NCBI GenBank assembly: GCA_046754265.1
Contig: JBHHVM010000001.1
Coordinates: forward strand, 1-41,798
Reading direction: 5' to 3'
Length of the DNA stretch: 41,798 nucleotides
From: Phycisphaerae bacterium
Lineage (GTDB): Bacteria > Planctomycetota > Phycisphaerae > UBA1845
This document shows, one piece after another, positions 32,774-40,401 of the stretch (positions within the stretch are counted from its first letter, which is position 1; each line of letters begins with the position of its first letter). The notes under the pieces are model-generated. The model did no database searches and was not told the origin of the DNA. It worked only from the letters and a program-made list of their open reading frames with translations. A program made the translations under genes and the position numbers.

Positions 32774-34438
32774 ATGACCGCCCAAAAACGTGCTGCCGCC
32801 ACCTCCGCCGCTTGCGCCCTGATTCTGGTGCCCTCGAGCCTGCTTTGGGGGATGGCCACCGACACCCCGGCCGGGGACAAGCCCGGTCCAACGTCTCCGG
32901 CAACCGCCCAGGCCAGCCCCAAAGTTCCGGCCGGGCCTCAGGCAGACAAAAGCGCCAAGGAAGCCCTGGCCAAAGGGCCTGCCAATCCACCCACCGTCAT
33001 CGAGGTCTTCCCCGCCCTGGGGACCGAGGAGGTCGAGCCCTACACAGAAGTGCGCATTCGCTTCGATCAGCCCATGAACCCGCGATGTACCGACCTGCGC
33101 TGGGAACAGAGCTTCTTTAGGCCCACTGGCAATTGGCGCTACGATCCAGCCCGATATGAACTCATCTTTCCCCTCGAGCTCAAACCCTATGAACTGCAGC
33201 AACCGCTCGTCAACGCGTCGGTGAACACCAACCCCAATCGCGGGTTCAAGTCCGCCAGTGGAAAACTGGCGGAGCCCTTCCAATGGACGTTTCACACTCG
33301 CCGAGATTTCGACGACAAAGACGCCCCCTTACCGCGTGTCATTGACATCTTTCCCCCGTCCGGAACCGAAGTGGGTCGCCTGATCAAGCTGGGCATTGTC
33401 TTTGACCAGCCGATGTCGCCCACGCACTTTCACCAGTTGGTCGTCGAAGAAGAAGGCAAAGAATCATTCGGCATCCCTTATTATCACCTTCGATACGACG
33501 ATAAAGAAAACCGTTTTGAGATGCCGGTGGAATTGCCCCCCAACTGGAGCGGCATCTTGAAATTCACCGGCTTCCGCAGCGAATTGAATCGTCACGCCAT
33601 CACCTTCCAGGCCCAGTACACAGCCGGAAGCGAATCGCTGACTCAATCTCATAAAGAACAATTGGGTCAGGCGTCGCAATCCCGGGACTTGATGGTCCTG
33701 CTGCAAGACCTGGCCCAATTCCGTCGAAGCCTAAAGACGCTTTCAGAAAAGACCCGCACAACCCAATATGCTCCTGGCGAGCATGGCATCTTCACCGCGA
33801 TGCGATCGGCCGGCGCGGAATTCCACCTCGACGGGCCACAGAAATTCTATGCCGACGTCTCCGACATGATGGAATACCCCTTCATCATCGCCAGCGACGG
33901 GACCACCTGCTGGTGGTACACTCAAGATAACATGGGCAAGCAACTGGCCCAACTTCCCTACCTTCATCTGGACCACATCAACCTGGTCCTGTGTGATCCG
34001 TTCAGTTTATCGCGGATTCCACCCGGGCACGCCATCGCCAGATTGAATCTCGAATTCATCGGCGCCGAAAAATTCGAGGGCAAAGACACCTTTGTGGTCC
34101 AGGCCTGGAACCTCAATCTCGATTCGCCGAGCGCCCACCCCAACATCACCCGCTGGTGGATCGACGCCAACAGCTACCTGGTCCTCCAGGCCATTCGCGA
34201 ATGGGGCTCAGGCATGCGGGTCGTCCATCGATTTACCTACGAGCAGATCAATCAACCGATACCGGACTCCCAGTTCGCCATGCCCCAGGGGCCCGATGTC
34301 CGCAAGCGACCTCTAGAGGCCCTGGGCAATGGCTACAACATGCGCTACGTCAATATCGGAGACCCCAGCTCCGGCGTGATGAGCGTCGAATGGGGACGCT
34401 ACGGCTCGTCCGGCCAAAAGGGCATCGGCATCAAGTAG
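32774..34438 (+). CDS. secreted hypothetical protein with two Ig-like (SbsA_Ig-type, tentative) N-terminal modules and a large C-terminal beta domain
   Basis: 554 aa with a signal-like N-terminus and a Pro/Ala-rich linker. The pattern V-I-[ED]-[VI]-F-P...V...I.I.FDQPM occurs twice (VIEVFPALGTEEVEPYTEVRIRFDQPM and VIDIFPPSGTEVGRLIKLGIVFDQPM). The C-terminal part has no motif I can name with confidence. Confidence 0.65.
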   Translation: MTAQKRAAATSAACALILVPSSLLWGMATDTPAGDKPGPTSPATAQASPKVPAGPQADKSAKEALAKGPANPPTVIEVFPALGTEEVEPYTEVRIRFDQPMNPRCTDLRWEQSFFRPTGNWRYDPARYELIFPLELKPYELQQPLVNASVNTNPNRGFKSASGKLAEPFQWTFHTRRDFDDKDAPLPRVIDIFPPSGTEVGRLIKLGIVFDQPMSPTHFHQLVVEEEGKESFGIPYYHLRYDDKENRFEMPVELPPNWSGILKFTGFRSELNRHAITFQAQYTAGSESLTQSHKEQLGQASQSRDLMVLLQDLAQFRRSLKTLSEKTRTTQYAPGEHGIFTAMRSAGAEFHLDGPQKFYADVSDMMEYPFIIASDGTTCWWYTQDNMGKQLAQLPYLHLDHINLVLCDPFSLSRIPPGHAIARLNLEFIGAEKFEGKDTFVVQAWNLNLDSPSAHPNITRWWIDANSYLVLQAIREWGSGMRVVHRFTYEQINQPIPDSQFAMPQGPDVRKRPLEALGNGYNMRYVNIGDPSSGVMSVEWGRYGSSGQKGIGIK

Positions 34439-35570
34439 ACCGTATCGCGTTTCGCCGCGCCGACCAAAGGGCCGCGGGCTCATCCGTCCGGCCGGCCACC
34501 GCCAGGTCCGCCAACACCGAACCCACCACCGGCGCAAACTTGAACCCGTGCCCGCTGAAACCGGCCGCCAGTAAAACCCGGGCATGGTCCCGGTGCCGAT
34601 CGACAATGAAGTGCTCGTCCGGCGTCACGGTGTACAGGCAAACACTGTGATCCAAGACCTGCCCTCCCAATCCCGGCAGATGCCGTTCGACGAATCGCTG
34701 CACCGGCTCAACGTCGGCTGGGTGAAGCGCCCGGTCCACAAGGCTCGCATCGTCTGTCACCAGGCCACCGCTGTGGTTGCCGGTTTTGACCCGCCCATCG
34801 TCCCCGGCTGGGAACCCGTAGAAGAACCCCTCGGGCGTGTCGAACCCAAAAACCGGACACCCCCGGCTCACCCGGAATCCGGCTGCTTGGTCTTGAAACC
34901 ACAGCACGACCTTGCGGCGCACTTCCAACGGCCAGCCCAACTCCGCCGCCAGTTGGCCGGTCCATGCGCCCGCACAGAGCACCAGCCGATCGGCTAGGAA
35001 CCGCTGCCGGTCCGTGGTCACCGCCACCCCCGCCCCCTCGACGCACCAACCCCGCACCGCTTGCCCCAAGACCAACTCCGCCCCACAGGCAACCGCCCGA
35101 TCCACGTGGGCCTCGATGCAGGCTTCAACCCTCAAATACCCCGCGTCTTGCTCGAACAAGACGTCCATCGACTCGGGCACGGCAAACGCCCCGAATCGCC
35201 GGGCCACCTCCGGCGCCGGTACGTCGTCTATCCGCAACTCATGTGCAGCCCCCGCCCGGCGCACTCCCGAAATGATGGCCCCTTCGGCAGGTCCAGCCAA
35301 CATTAACCCGGTTCTAACAAACAAGTCCCGCCCGGTGTCAGCCTCTAGCTCGCGCCACATCGGGTAGACGCGGTCGAGCAACGGCACATAGTCGGGATGC
35401 TCGAAATAGGCCCGGCGTATGATCCGTGATTGACCGTGGGAGCTTCCCCGATCGTGGGCCACGTCGAATTGCTCGATGCCCAACACCTTCAAACCTCGGC
35501 GGGCCAGGTGATAAAGGGCGGCACTGCCCATCCCCCCCACACCGATCACAATGGCATCGTAACCCGCCAT
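34431..35570 (-). CDS. monomeric sarcosine oxidase / N-methyltryptophan oxidase / pipecolate oxidase family flavoenzyme
   Basis: 379 aa. It has the N-terminal FAD fingerprint YDAIVIGVGGMGSAALYHLARRG, then SSHGQSRIIRRAY, SVCLYTVTPDEHF (the position of the covalent-FAD Cys in this family) and GFSGHGFKF. Confidence 0.85.
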   Translation of the reverse strand: MAGYDAIVIGVGGMGSAALYHLARRGLKVLGIEQFDVAHDRGSSHGQSRIIRRAYFEHPDYVPLLDRVYPMWRELEADTGRDLFVRTGLMLAGPAEGAIISGVRRAGAAHELRIDDVPAPEVARRFGAFAVPESMDVLFEQDAGYLRVEACIEAHVDRAVACGAELVLGQAVRGWCVEGAGVAVTTDRQRFLADRLVLCAGAWTGQLAAELGWPLEVRRKVVLWFQDQAAGFRVSRGCPVFGFDTPEGFFYGFPAGDDGRVKTGNHSGGLVTDDASLVDRALHPADVEPVQRFVERHLPGLGGQVLDHSVCLYTVTPDEHFIVDRHRDHARVLLAAGFSGHGFKFAPVVGSVLADLAVAGRTDEPAALWSARRNAIRST

Positions 35571-35811
35571 GCCGGCAGTCTAGCACCGCACCCACCCCCC
35601 AGGTAGCGGGCCGGGGCTCCGGCAAACCCAACCCACGACCGATAACCCACAATCGGCGCGCCAGGCACGACGGTTGGGCGCCGAACCAGCCGCCCTGGCT
35701 GTCTGAACTCAAAACTGTTTAACCGCGCTATCCGGTCCGCCGATGGTCCTGACAGGGATACCCCCGCCAACGTGGTTATCAGACATCCACGGCCAACCTA
35801 GGAGTCGTGCC

Positions 35812-36357
35812 ATGACCAAGGTCGCAGCCAACCAAGTCGCCGATACCGTCCAGGCCCTCAAAGACGCCGCCGACCAGGCCGTGGCAGACCAGTGCCCGGA
35901 TCGCTTCGGGCTTTTCGAAGCCAAGCTCAACCAGTTGGACGCCGCCTGCCGCGAAATCCAACAGGAACAGTGGCAACATGAAGCCCAGGAAGCAATCGAT
36001 CATTTGCAGGCTGGGTCGCCGCTGACCGAGCAAGACACCGAAGTCATCCGCACGTTCCTCATAGCCGACGCCGAACACTACCTGGCTGTGGAAAACAATT
36101 TTCAAGATTGGGTGGACGAAATCCGGCGACTGCTCGACGAGATGGCCAACACATCCGACAACCTGGACCGCGACAGCATCGGCCGGTTCCGCGGCGTCCT
36201 CAAAGATGCCATCCGCCTGGTCCCAGATATCCGCAACTTCCTTGAAGAACGCCGCCGAGTCGAAAAGTTCGAGGCAGGCCTGCACACCTTCGACGCCGAC
36301 TCGCGCCAAGCATTGGCCCACCTGCTAGCCGAGCAATTGCGCCGCAACACCCGATAG
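35812..36357 (+). CDS. hypothetical all-helical protein
   Basis: Track ORF 35743-36357. The start is placed at ATG 35812, preceded by AGGAG. Composition is helical and acidic. No family recognised. Confidence 0.55.
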   Translation: MTKVAANQVADTVQALKDAADQAVADQCPDRFGLFEAKLNQLDAACREIQQEQWQHEAQEAIDHLQAGSPLTEQDTEVIRTFLIADAEHYLAVENNFQDWVDEIRRLLDEMANTSDNLDRDSIGRFRGVLKDAIRLVPDIRNFLEERRRVEKFEAGLHTFDADSRQALAHLLAEQLRRNTR

Positions 36358-36624
36358 GCCCCTGCCAGGAACGGTCGACGGCATTGACCGGGCCCCGGGC
36401 TGCGCCGATCGCAACCGGCGGCCCGTTCCGGCATCCTCGAAGCCCGGGCTGTGCATCGGGCCCCCTTACCATTTGTTCCCAGACCGCACCAAGAGACTGG
36501 GTTTTCTCCCGGGTTCAATGGAAGCGATGTCCAGAAGTTCTCACCCCCCCCTAACCTCTGGGCCGATGCCGGGTCTAGTTCCAAGAGATTCACGTTCATT
36601 CTCTCAGAAGAGGAGCAGGAATTG

Positions 36625-36837
36625 ATGAAACGCTCGATTCTGGCCGTGCTGACTCTGCTTGCTGCCCCGCTGACCGGCTGCGTCGCGGCATCGGTCCATG
36701 ACAATCAGTTCAGACACTCCAGGCAGGCAGTCTCGCACGAAGGGCGAGTGTATCTCATCGATACCGACACCGGCGCCGCACAGATCATCGACATCAGCGC
36801 CGCCAAACCCTTTGTGCCTCGAGAAGCGCAACAGTAA
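36625..36837 (+). CDS. small lipoprotein (70 aa)
   Basis: Internal ATG 36625 of track ORF 36451-36837, preceded by GAGGAG. It has a signal peptide with the lipobox MKRSILAVLTLLAAPLTGC. Confidence 0.5.
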   Translation: MKRSILAVLTLLAAPLTGCVAASVHDNQFRHSRQAVSHEGRVYLIDTDTGAAQIIDISAAKPFVPREAQQ

Positions 36838-36969
36838 CGGGTCGTCGTTTGCTTTTGATGCCCGTGCATACGCCGTCAACGCGATGCGCGCGGTGACTCG
36901 ACCGGGCGCCGCGCGAACGGCGGGGCCATTCAGGCGGACCGACGGCTCTCTATGACCGCACCTGGCCAA

Positions 36970-38247
36970 CTACTTCCTCAGCAATTTGGCCAGGGTCATC
37001 CGAACCGGCTCGAAGCGGGTGGCCGGCTGACCCGATTGAGTCAGGCTGATCAGCATTTCCTTGCGGTTGGGCAAATAGTACACGGTGTGCAGGGTGAGCA
37101 CGTCACCTTGGGTGGCCACCTTGGCCAGGTTGCTTCGGGCCCAGGCTGGGTCGATCTTGCCCTGCGAGCGGCCTGCGTCGGCCAACGCCGTCGCCAGGGT
37201 GGTGAAGCGCCGCACCGTGCTGAAGGGATGGTCCTGGACCGGGGGCGGATCGGCCCGGCGGCAATAGTGATTCGTGCAAGTCAGCCAGGAAGTGCCTTTC
37301 GAGGACGATGCGACGCGTTGAGTCACCCCGCCGTCCTTGGAGAGTTGGCCGTCGTACTCGAACACCGCAGCCGGCGTGGCTTGACCGGTGTAGGGCGAAC
37401 TGACGTGGATGTTGTTGCCAAACATCGTCGGGCATTTGAGCAGCACCCGTTTGACGTCGGCCACCGCGCTACCGGCCCGGGCTGATTCGATCGCATCGCG
37501 CAGGGCCAAGGACCGCGGCACGAACGCCCCCCGGTGCGTGGGCTCCAGCGGTGAGGCATCGTGCATGGACACGGTCACGCCTCCGGCGTTCATGGCAGAA
37601 TAGGCCCCGATCAAACCAGGCCAGGCCAACGACACCCAGGGCAGTTTGCCGGAACCCGGCTCCAGATAGGCGATCAACACGTGGTCGGTTTCCAAACCCG
37701 GCAGCGGAATGAAATCCAAATTACGGGCGGTGATCATCTGGCCGTCGGCCGTGGCTGGGCCCCAGGCGCTGAAACTCGAACACGCAAAGGGATACCAATC
37801 AGCCATACAGTTCAGGGCCATCAAGTCCCGCACGTCCAGGTGACGCCCCAGCTTTTCCAGCCGCGTGCCCTCCAAACCCACGGCTTCGACGATCCCGCGT
37901 AACATGCCCTCCAGCTCGGCCCGATAGTCCGGGTCGAAACGAAACCGGCCCAAGAGCTGCCGTCGCACTTTCGATTCATAAACCGGGAGACTGTCCACGA
38001 TCCGCGGGTCCAACACGATGCCTTCAAAGACCTTCATCAAGTCCGCGCCCAGCAGAACGCCGTGAGCATGGCCTCGCTGATCGGGTGTGCCCCAAAGCTT
38101 GAGCACCCGGACGCCTTGGCCGGTTTGCAGTGAACCGGTGACGTCGGATGGCCCAGCCAAAACGGGCATCGACCAAGAACAGGCCACGAAAACACTTATA
38201 CAACACATCCTCAGACCCGTTATCATGGTGCGCTTCTGCTGCGACAT
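36970..38247 (-). CDS. secreted C45-family peptidase / acyl-CoA:6-APA acyltransferase-like Ntn hydrolase
   Basis: Track ORF 36970-38268. The start is placed at ATG 38247 (MSQQKRTMITGLRMCCISVFVACSWSMPVLAG, a signal peptide). The candidate self-processing/nucleophile context is FACSSFSAWGPATADGQMITARNLDF. Confidence 0.7.
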   Translation of the reverse strand: MSQQKRTMITGLRMCCISVFVACSWSMPVLAGPSDVTGSLQTGQGVRVLKLWGTPDQRGHAHGVLLGADLMKVFEGIVLDPRIVDSLPVYESKVRRQLLGRFRFDPDYRAELEGMLRGIVEAVGLEGTRLEKLGRHLDVRDLMALNCMADWYPFACSSFSAWGPATADGQMITARNLDFIPLPGLETDHVLIAYLEPGSGKLPWVSLAWPGLIGAYSAMNAGGVTVSMHDASPLEPTHRGAFVPRSLALRDAIESARAGSAVADVKRVLLKCPTMFGNNIHVSSPYTGQATPAAVFEYDGQLSKDGGVTQRVASSSKGTSWLTCTNHYCRRADPPPVQDHPFSTVRRFTTLATALADAGRSQGKIDPAWARSNLAKVATQGDVLTLHTVYYLPNRKEMLISLTQSGQPATRFEPVRMTLAKLLRK

Positions 38248-38268
38248 TCGGCTACCTTTCAATACCAA

Positions 38269-38844
38269 CTAAAGGATGGTTGGCCGATGAGCTTTTATGT
38301 CGGCCAGGATCCCTTTGGCCTTTTCCACTTCATCTGCGTAGGGTCCGACCAAGAAACGCACAAACGCCCCTTCATCAAACTCCGGACACAGGACCAAGGC
38401 GGTTAGATCCGCGGCATCCTGTTGTTTGCGTTCATAGGATCGCGTCGGGCTAATGGCAGCCACGTATTTGAGGGCGGCGACCGCTTCCAGGGAAGGCACG
38501 CCTCGCTGTTGTTCGAGCACCTCTTGTATCACCTCGTTGCGGCTGGCGTCGATCACGTCCACCCGCAACTCCGAACACAGGATAGCCTCGCCCTCGGACG
38601 TAAAAGACACGCCCGCTTGGCCAAGCCATCGAATTGTTTTTCCGTACTGTTTGCGACCGACGGCGTAATCGATATCCGCGGTATAGCGGGGCCGGGTGTA
38701 GAACATGGTGGCCCGGGCACCCACGATAATGTGCCGGTCGGACTCGATCATAGCCACCAACTCATCCTGGAGCTTCTGGAGGCGATCCTCCAGCGGTTGC
38801 TCAAAACTCGCCGCCATGGCCAATACCCTGGAAAAAGAGGACAT
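38269..38844 (-). CDS. nucleotidyltransferase-fold protein (minimal NTase pattern), solitary
   Basis: 191 aa with HIIVGARATMFYTRPRYTADIDYAV (G-x-x-A...D-I-D), then RVDVID and a helical LKYVAAISPTRSYERKQQDAADL tail. This is the same layout as the 31834-32454 product. Its stop codon directly abuts the C45 peptidase track ORF. Confidence 0.5.
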   Translation of the reverse strand: MSSFSRVLAMAASFEQPLEDRLQKLQDELVAMIESDRHIIVGARATMFYTRPRYTADIDYAVGRKQYGKTIRWLGQAGVSFTSEGEAILCSELRVDVIDASRNEVIQEVLEQQRGVPSLEAVAALKYVAAISPTRSYERKQQDAADLTALVLCPEFDEGAFVRFLVGPYADEVEKAKGILADIKAHRPTIL

Positions 38845-39136
38845 CGCTCACCCGTGGACCCAAGAAAACTCACCGCCCGCCCCACGCCTGCCATTGTACC
38901 TGACCAGGGACCAAACTTCGACTTTCCCCACCTGCTTGTGGCCCCACGCGGATCGCGGCATGGGCTCGCCCCACCCTTGACCGCCGGGCCCGATCTCCGT
39001 CACAATCCCAAGATTGGGGCGGCACTAACGGCCCGGCGGGCCGGCTGTCCAACCCGTAGCTTGCCGATGGGAAACGTCCACGGCCCCTCGCGAATGGGCC
39101 GGCAGTGTTCCGCTCAAAACGGACAGGAGAAACGCC

Positions 39137-40270
39137 ATGAAGTTTCGTTGCCTCACCCCGCTTATCGCGCTGATCGCAGCCGCCGCCTGGATGGCCCCCG
39201 CCCGGGCCGACGACATCGTCGAGGTTCCAGCTACCGGCCAGGGCATCAGCGCCGACGCCGCCAGGCAGGACGCCCTGCGCAAAGCCCTCGAACAAGGCGG
39301 CAAGCAGGAGATTTCCAGCTTCAGCCAAGTGGAGAGTTTTGAGCTCATCCGCGACACGATTTACTCCCGGGCTGAGGGCATCATCAGCGACTACAAAATC
39401 ATCCAAGAGGGAGCGGGTGCCGGCGGAATCTTCTTCTGCAAGATCAAAGCCAAGGTCAACAAGACCGCCATCGCCACCAGTTGGGGCGAAGTGCAAAACG
39501 TCCTGGACCAGATAGGCCGACCCGGCGTGATGGTCATGATCGATGAATACATCGACAACGTCCTGGACGACAGCAGCATCCTGGAGTCCAAGATCGAGGA
39601 GCGCCTGCTCAAGAGCGGTTTCGATGTTTACGCCGGTGCCCAGGTCCGCGAGATCGCCAAGCGCGAGTCCGCCGACGCGGCTGTGGAAGACAACATCGCC
39701 AAGATGCAGGCCATCGCCAAGGATTTCGGCACCCAGATCTTCGTGACCGGCAGCGCCCACGCCAACGCCGCGGGGGTGGAAAACCTCTACGGCACGCGCA
39801 CGGCGATGTACAACGGCGACGCGGTGGTCAAGATGTTCTACACCGACACCGGGCGTCTGCTGGCCAGCGAGTCGCTGCCCAACTGGCGCGGCGGTGCCCG
39901 CGGTCATTTCACCGCCAACAAGCAGGCCGGCAAAATGGCCCTGTCCAACGCCGGGGCCCAGATCATCGACCAGGTGTACAACACCTGTATGAAGCAATGG
40001 GCCACGCAAATCTCGGCCGGCGGCGAAATCAAAATCGAAATCGAGGGTCTCAAGACCTCCGTGGCCATCAAACTCAAAAAGAAGTTCCGGGCTATCCCCG
40101 GCATCGAGAAGGTCCACTACAAGCTGACCAAGGGCATCGCCACCTATCGCATCGTCGGCAAGATGACGGCCGAGGCCCTCACCGAGATCATCGTCGAGAC
40201 GGAGTGGGAAGCGATCTTCGAGATCGTGGACGTCAAGCTAAACCGAATCCAAGCCAAAGCGGCGGACTAA
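39137..40270 (+). CDS. secreted hypothetical protein (N-terminal region possibly LPP20/FlgT-N-like; tentative)
   Basis: 377 aa with the signal peptide MKFRCLTPLIALIAAAAWMAPARA. The N-terminal block GQGISADAARQDALRKALEQGG...GIISDYKIIQE is reminiscent of LPP20-type domains. The rest is unassigned. Confidence 0.65.
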   Translation: MKFRCLTPLIALIAAAAWMAPARADDIVEVPATGQGISADAARQDALRKALEQGGKQEISSFSQVESFELIRDTIYSRAEGIISDYKIIQEGAGAGGIFFCKIKAKVNKTAIATSWGEVQNVLDQIGRPGVMVMIDEYIDNVLDDSSILESKIEERLLKSGFDVYAGAQVREIAKRESADAAVEDNIAKMQAIAKDFGTQIFVTGSAHANAAGVENLYGTRTAMYNGDAVVKMFYTDTGRLLASESLPNWRGGARGHFTANKQAGKMALSNAGAQIIDQVYNTCMKQWATQISAGGEIKIEIEGLKTSVAIKLKKKFRAIPGIEKVHYKLTKGIATYRIVGKMTAEALTEIIVETEWEAIFEIVDVKLNRIQAKAAD

Positions 40271-40305
40271 AGAGTTCAGAGTTGCGAGTAGCGAGTTTCG
40301 AGTTA
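40271..40305 (+). repeat. five tandem heptamers (agagttc agagttg cgagtag cgagttt cgagtta), i.e. GAG every 7 nt
   Basis: Read directly at 40271-40305, starting immediately after the stop codon of the 39137-40270 gene. Confidence 0.85.
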
Positions 40306-40371
40306 AAGGCATAATGTGGCACCGGTTTGTAACCGGTGAGCGAAGTGCCGAGCCGTTCAACTCGAAACTCG
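40292..40371 (+). other. 80-nt nested stem-loop element: 13-bp perfect outer stem enclosing an inner hairpin
   Basis: cgagtttcgagtt (40292-40304) is the exact reverse complement of aactcgaaactcg (40359-40371). The inner hairpin is accgg-tttgtaa-ccggt (40321-40337). An alternative ggcac/gtgcc pairing exists (40318-40322 with 40345-40349). The element ends 30 nt before ATG 40402 and no U-tract follows. Confidence 0.6.
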
Positions 40372-40401
40372 ATCTCATTCACTACAGCAAGGACCCCGAT
40401 C

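Noticed and set aside
40321-40337. Hairpin accgg-tttgtaa-ccggt that looks like a tRNA anticodon arm with anticodon UGU (Thr)
   Set aside because: The flanks cannot form a D-arm or a T-arm (no GTTCRANNC), and the 13-bp outer stem is not a 7-bp acceptor stem. It is not a tRNA gene and at most a fortuitous resemblance.
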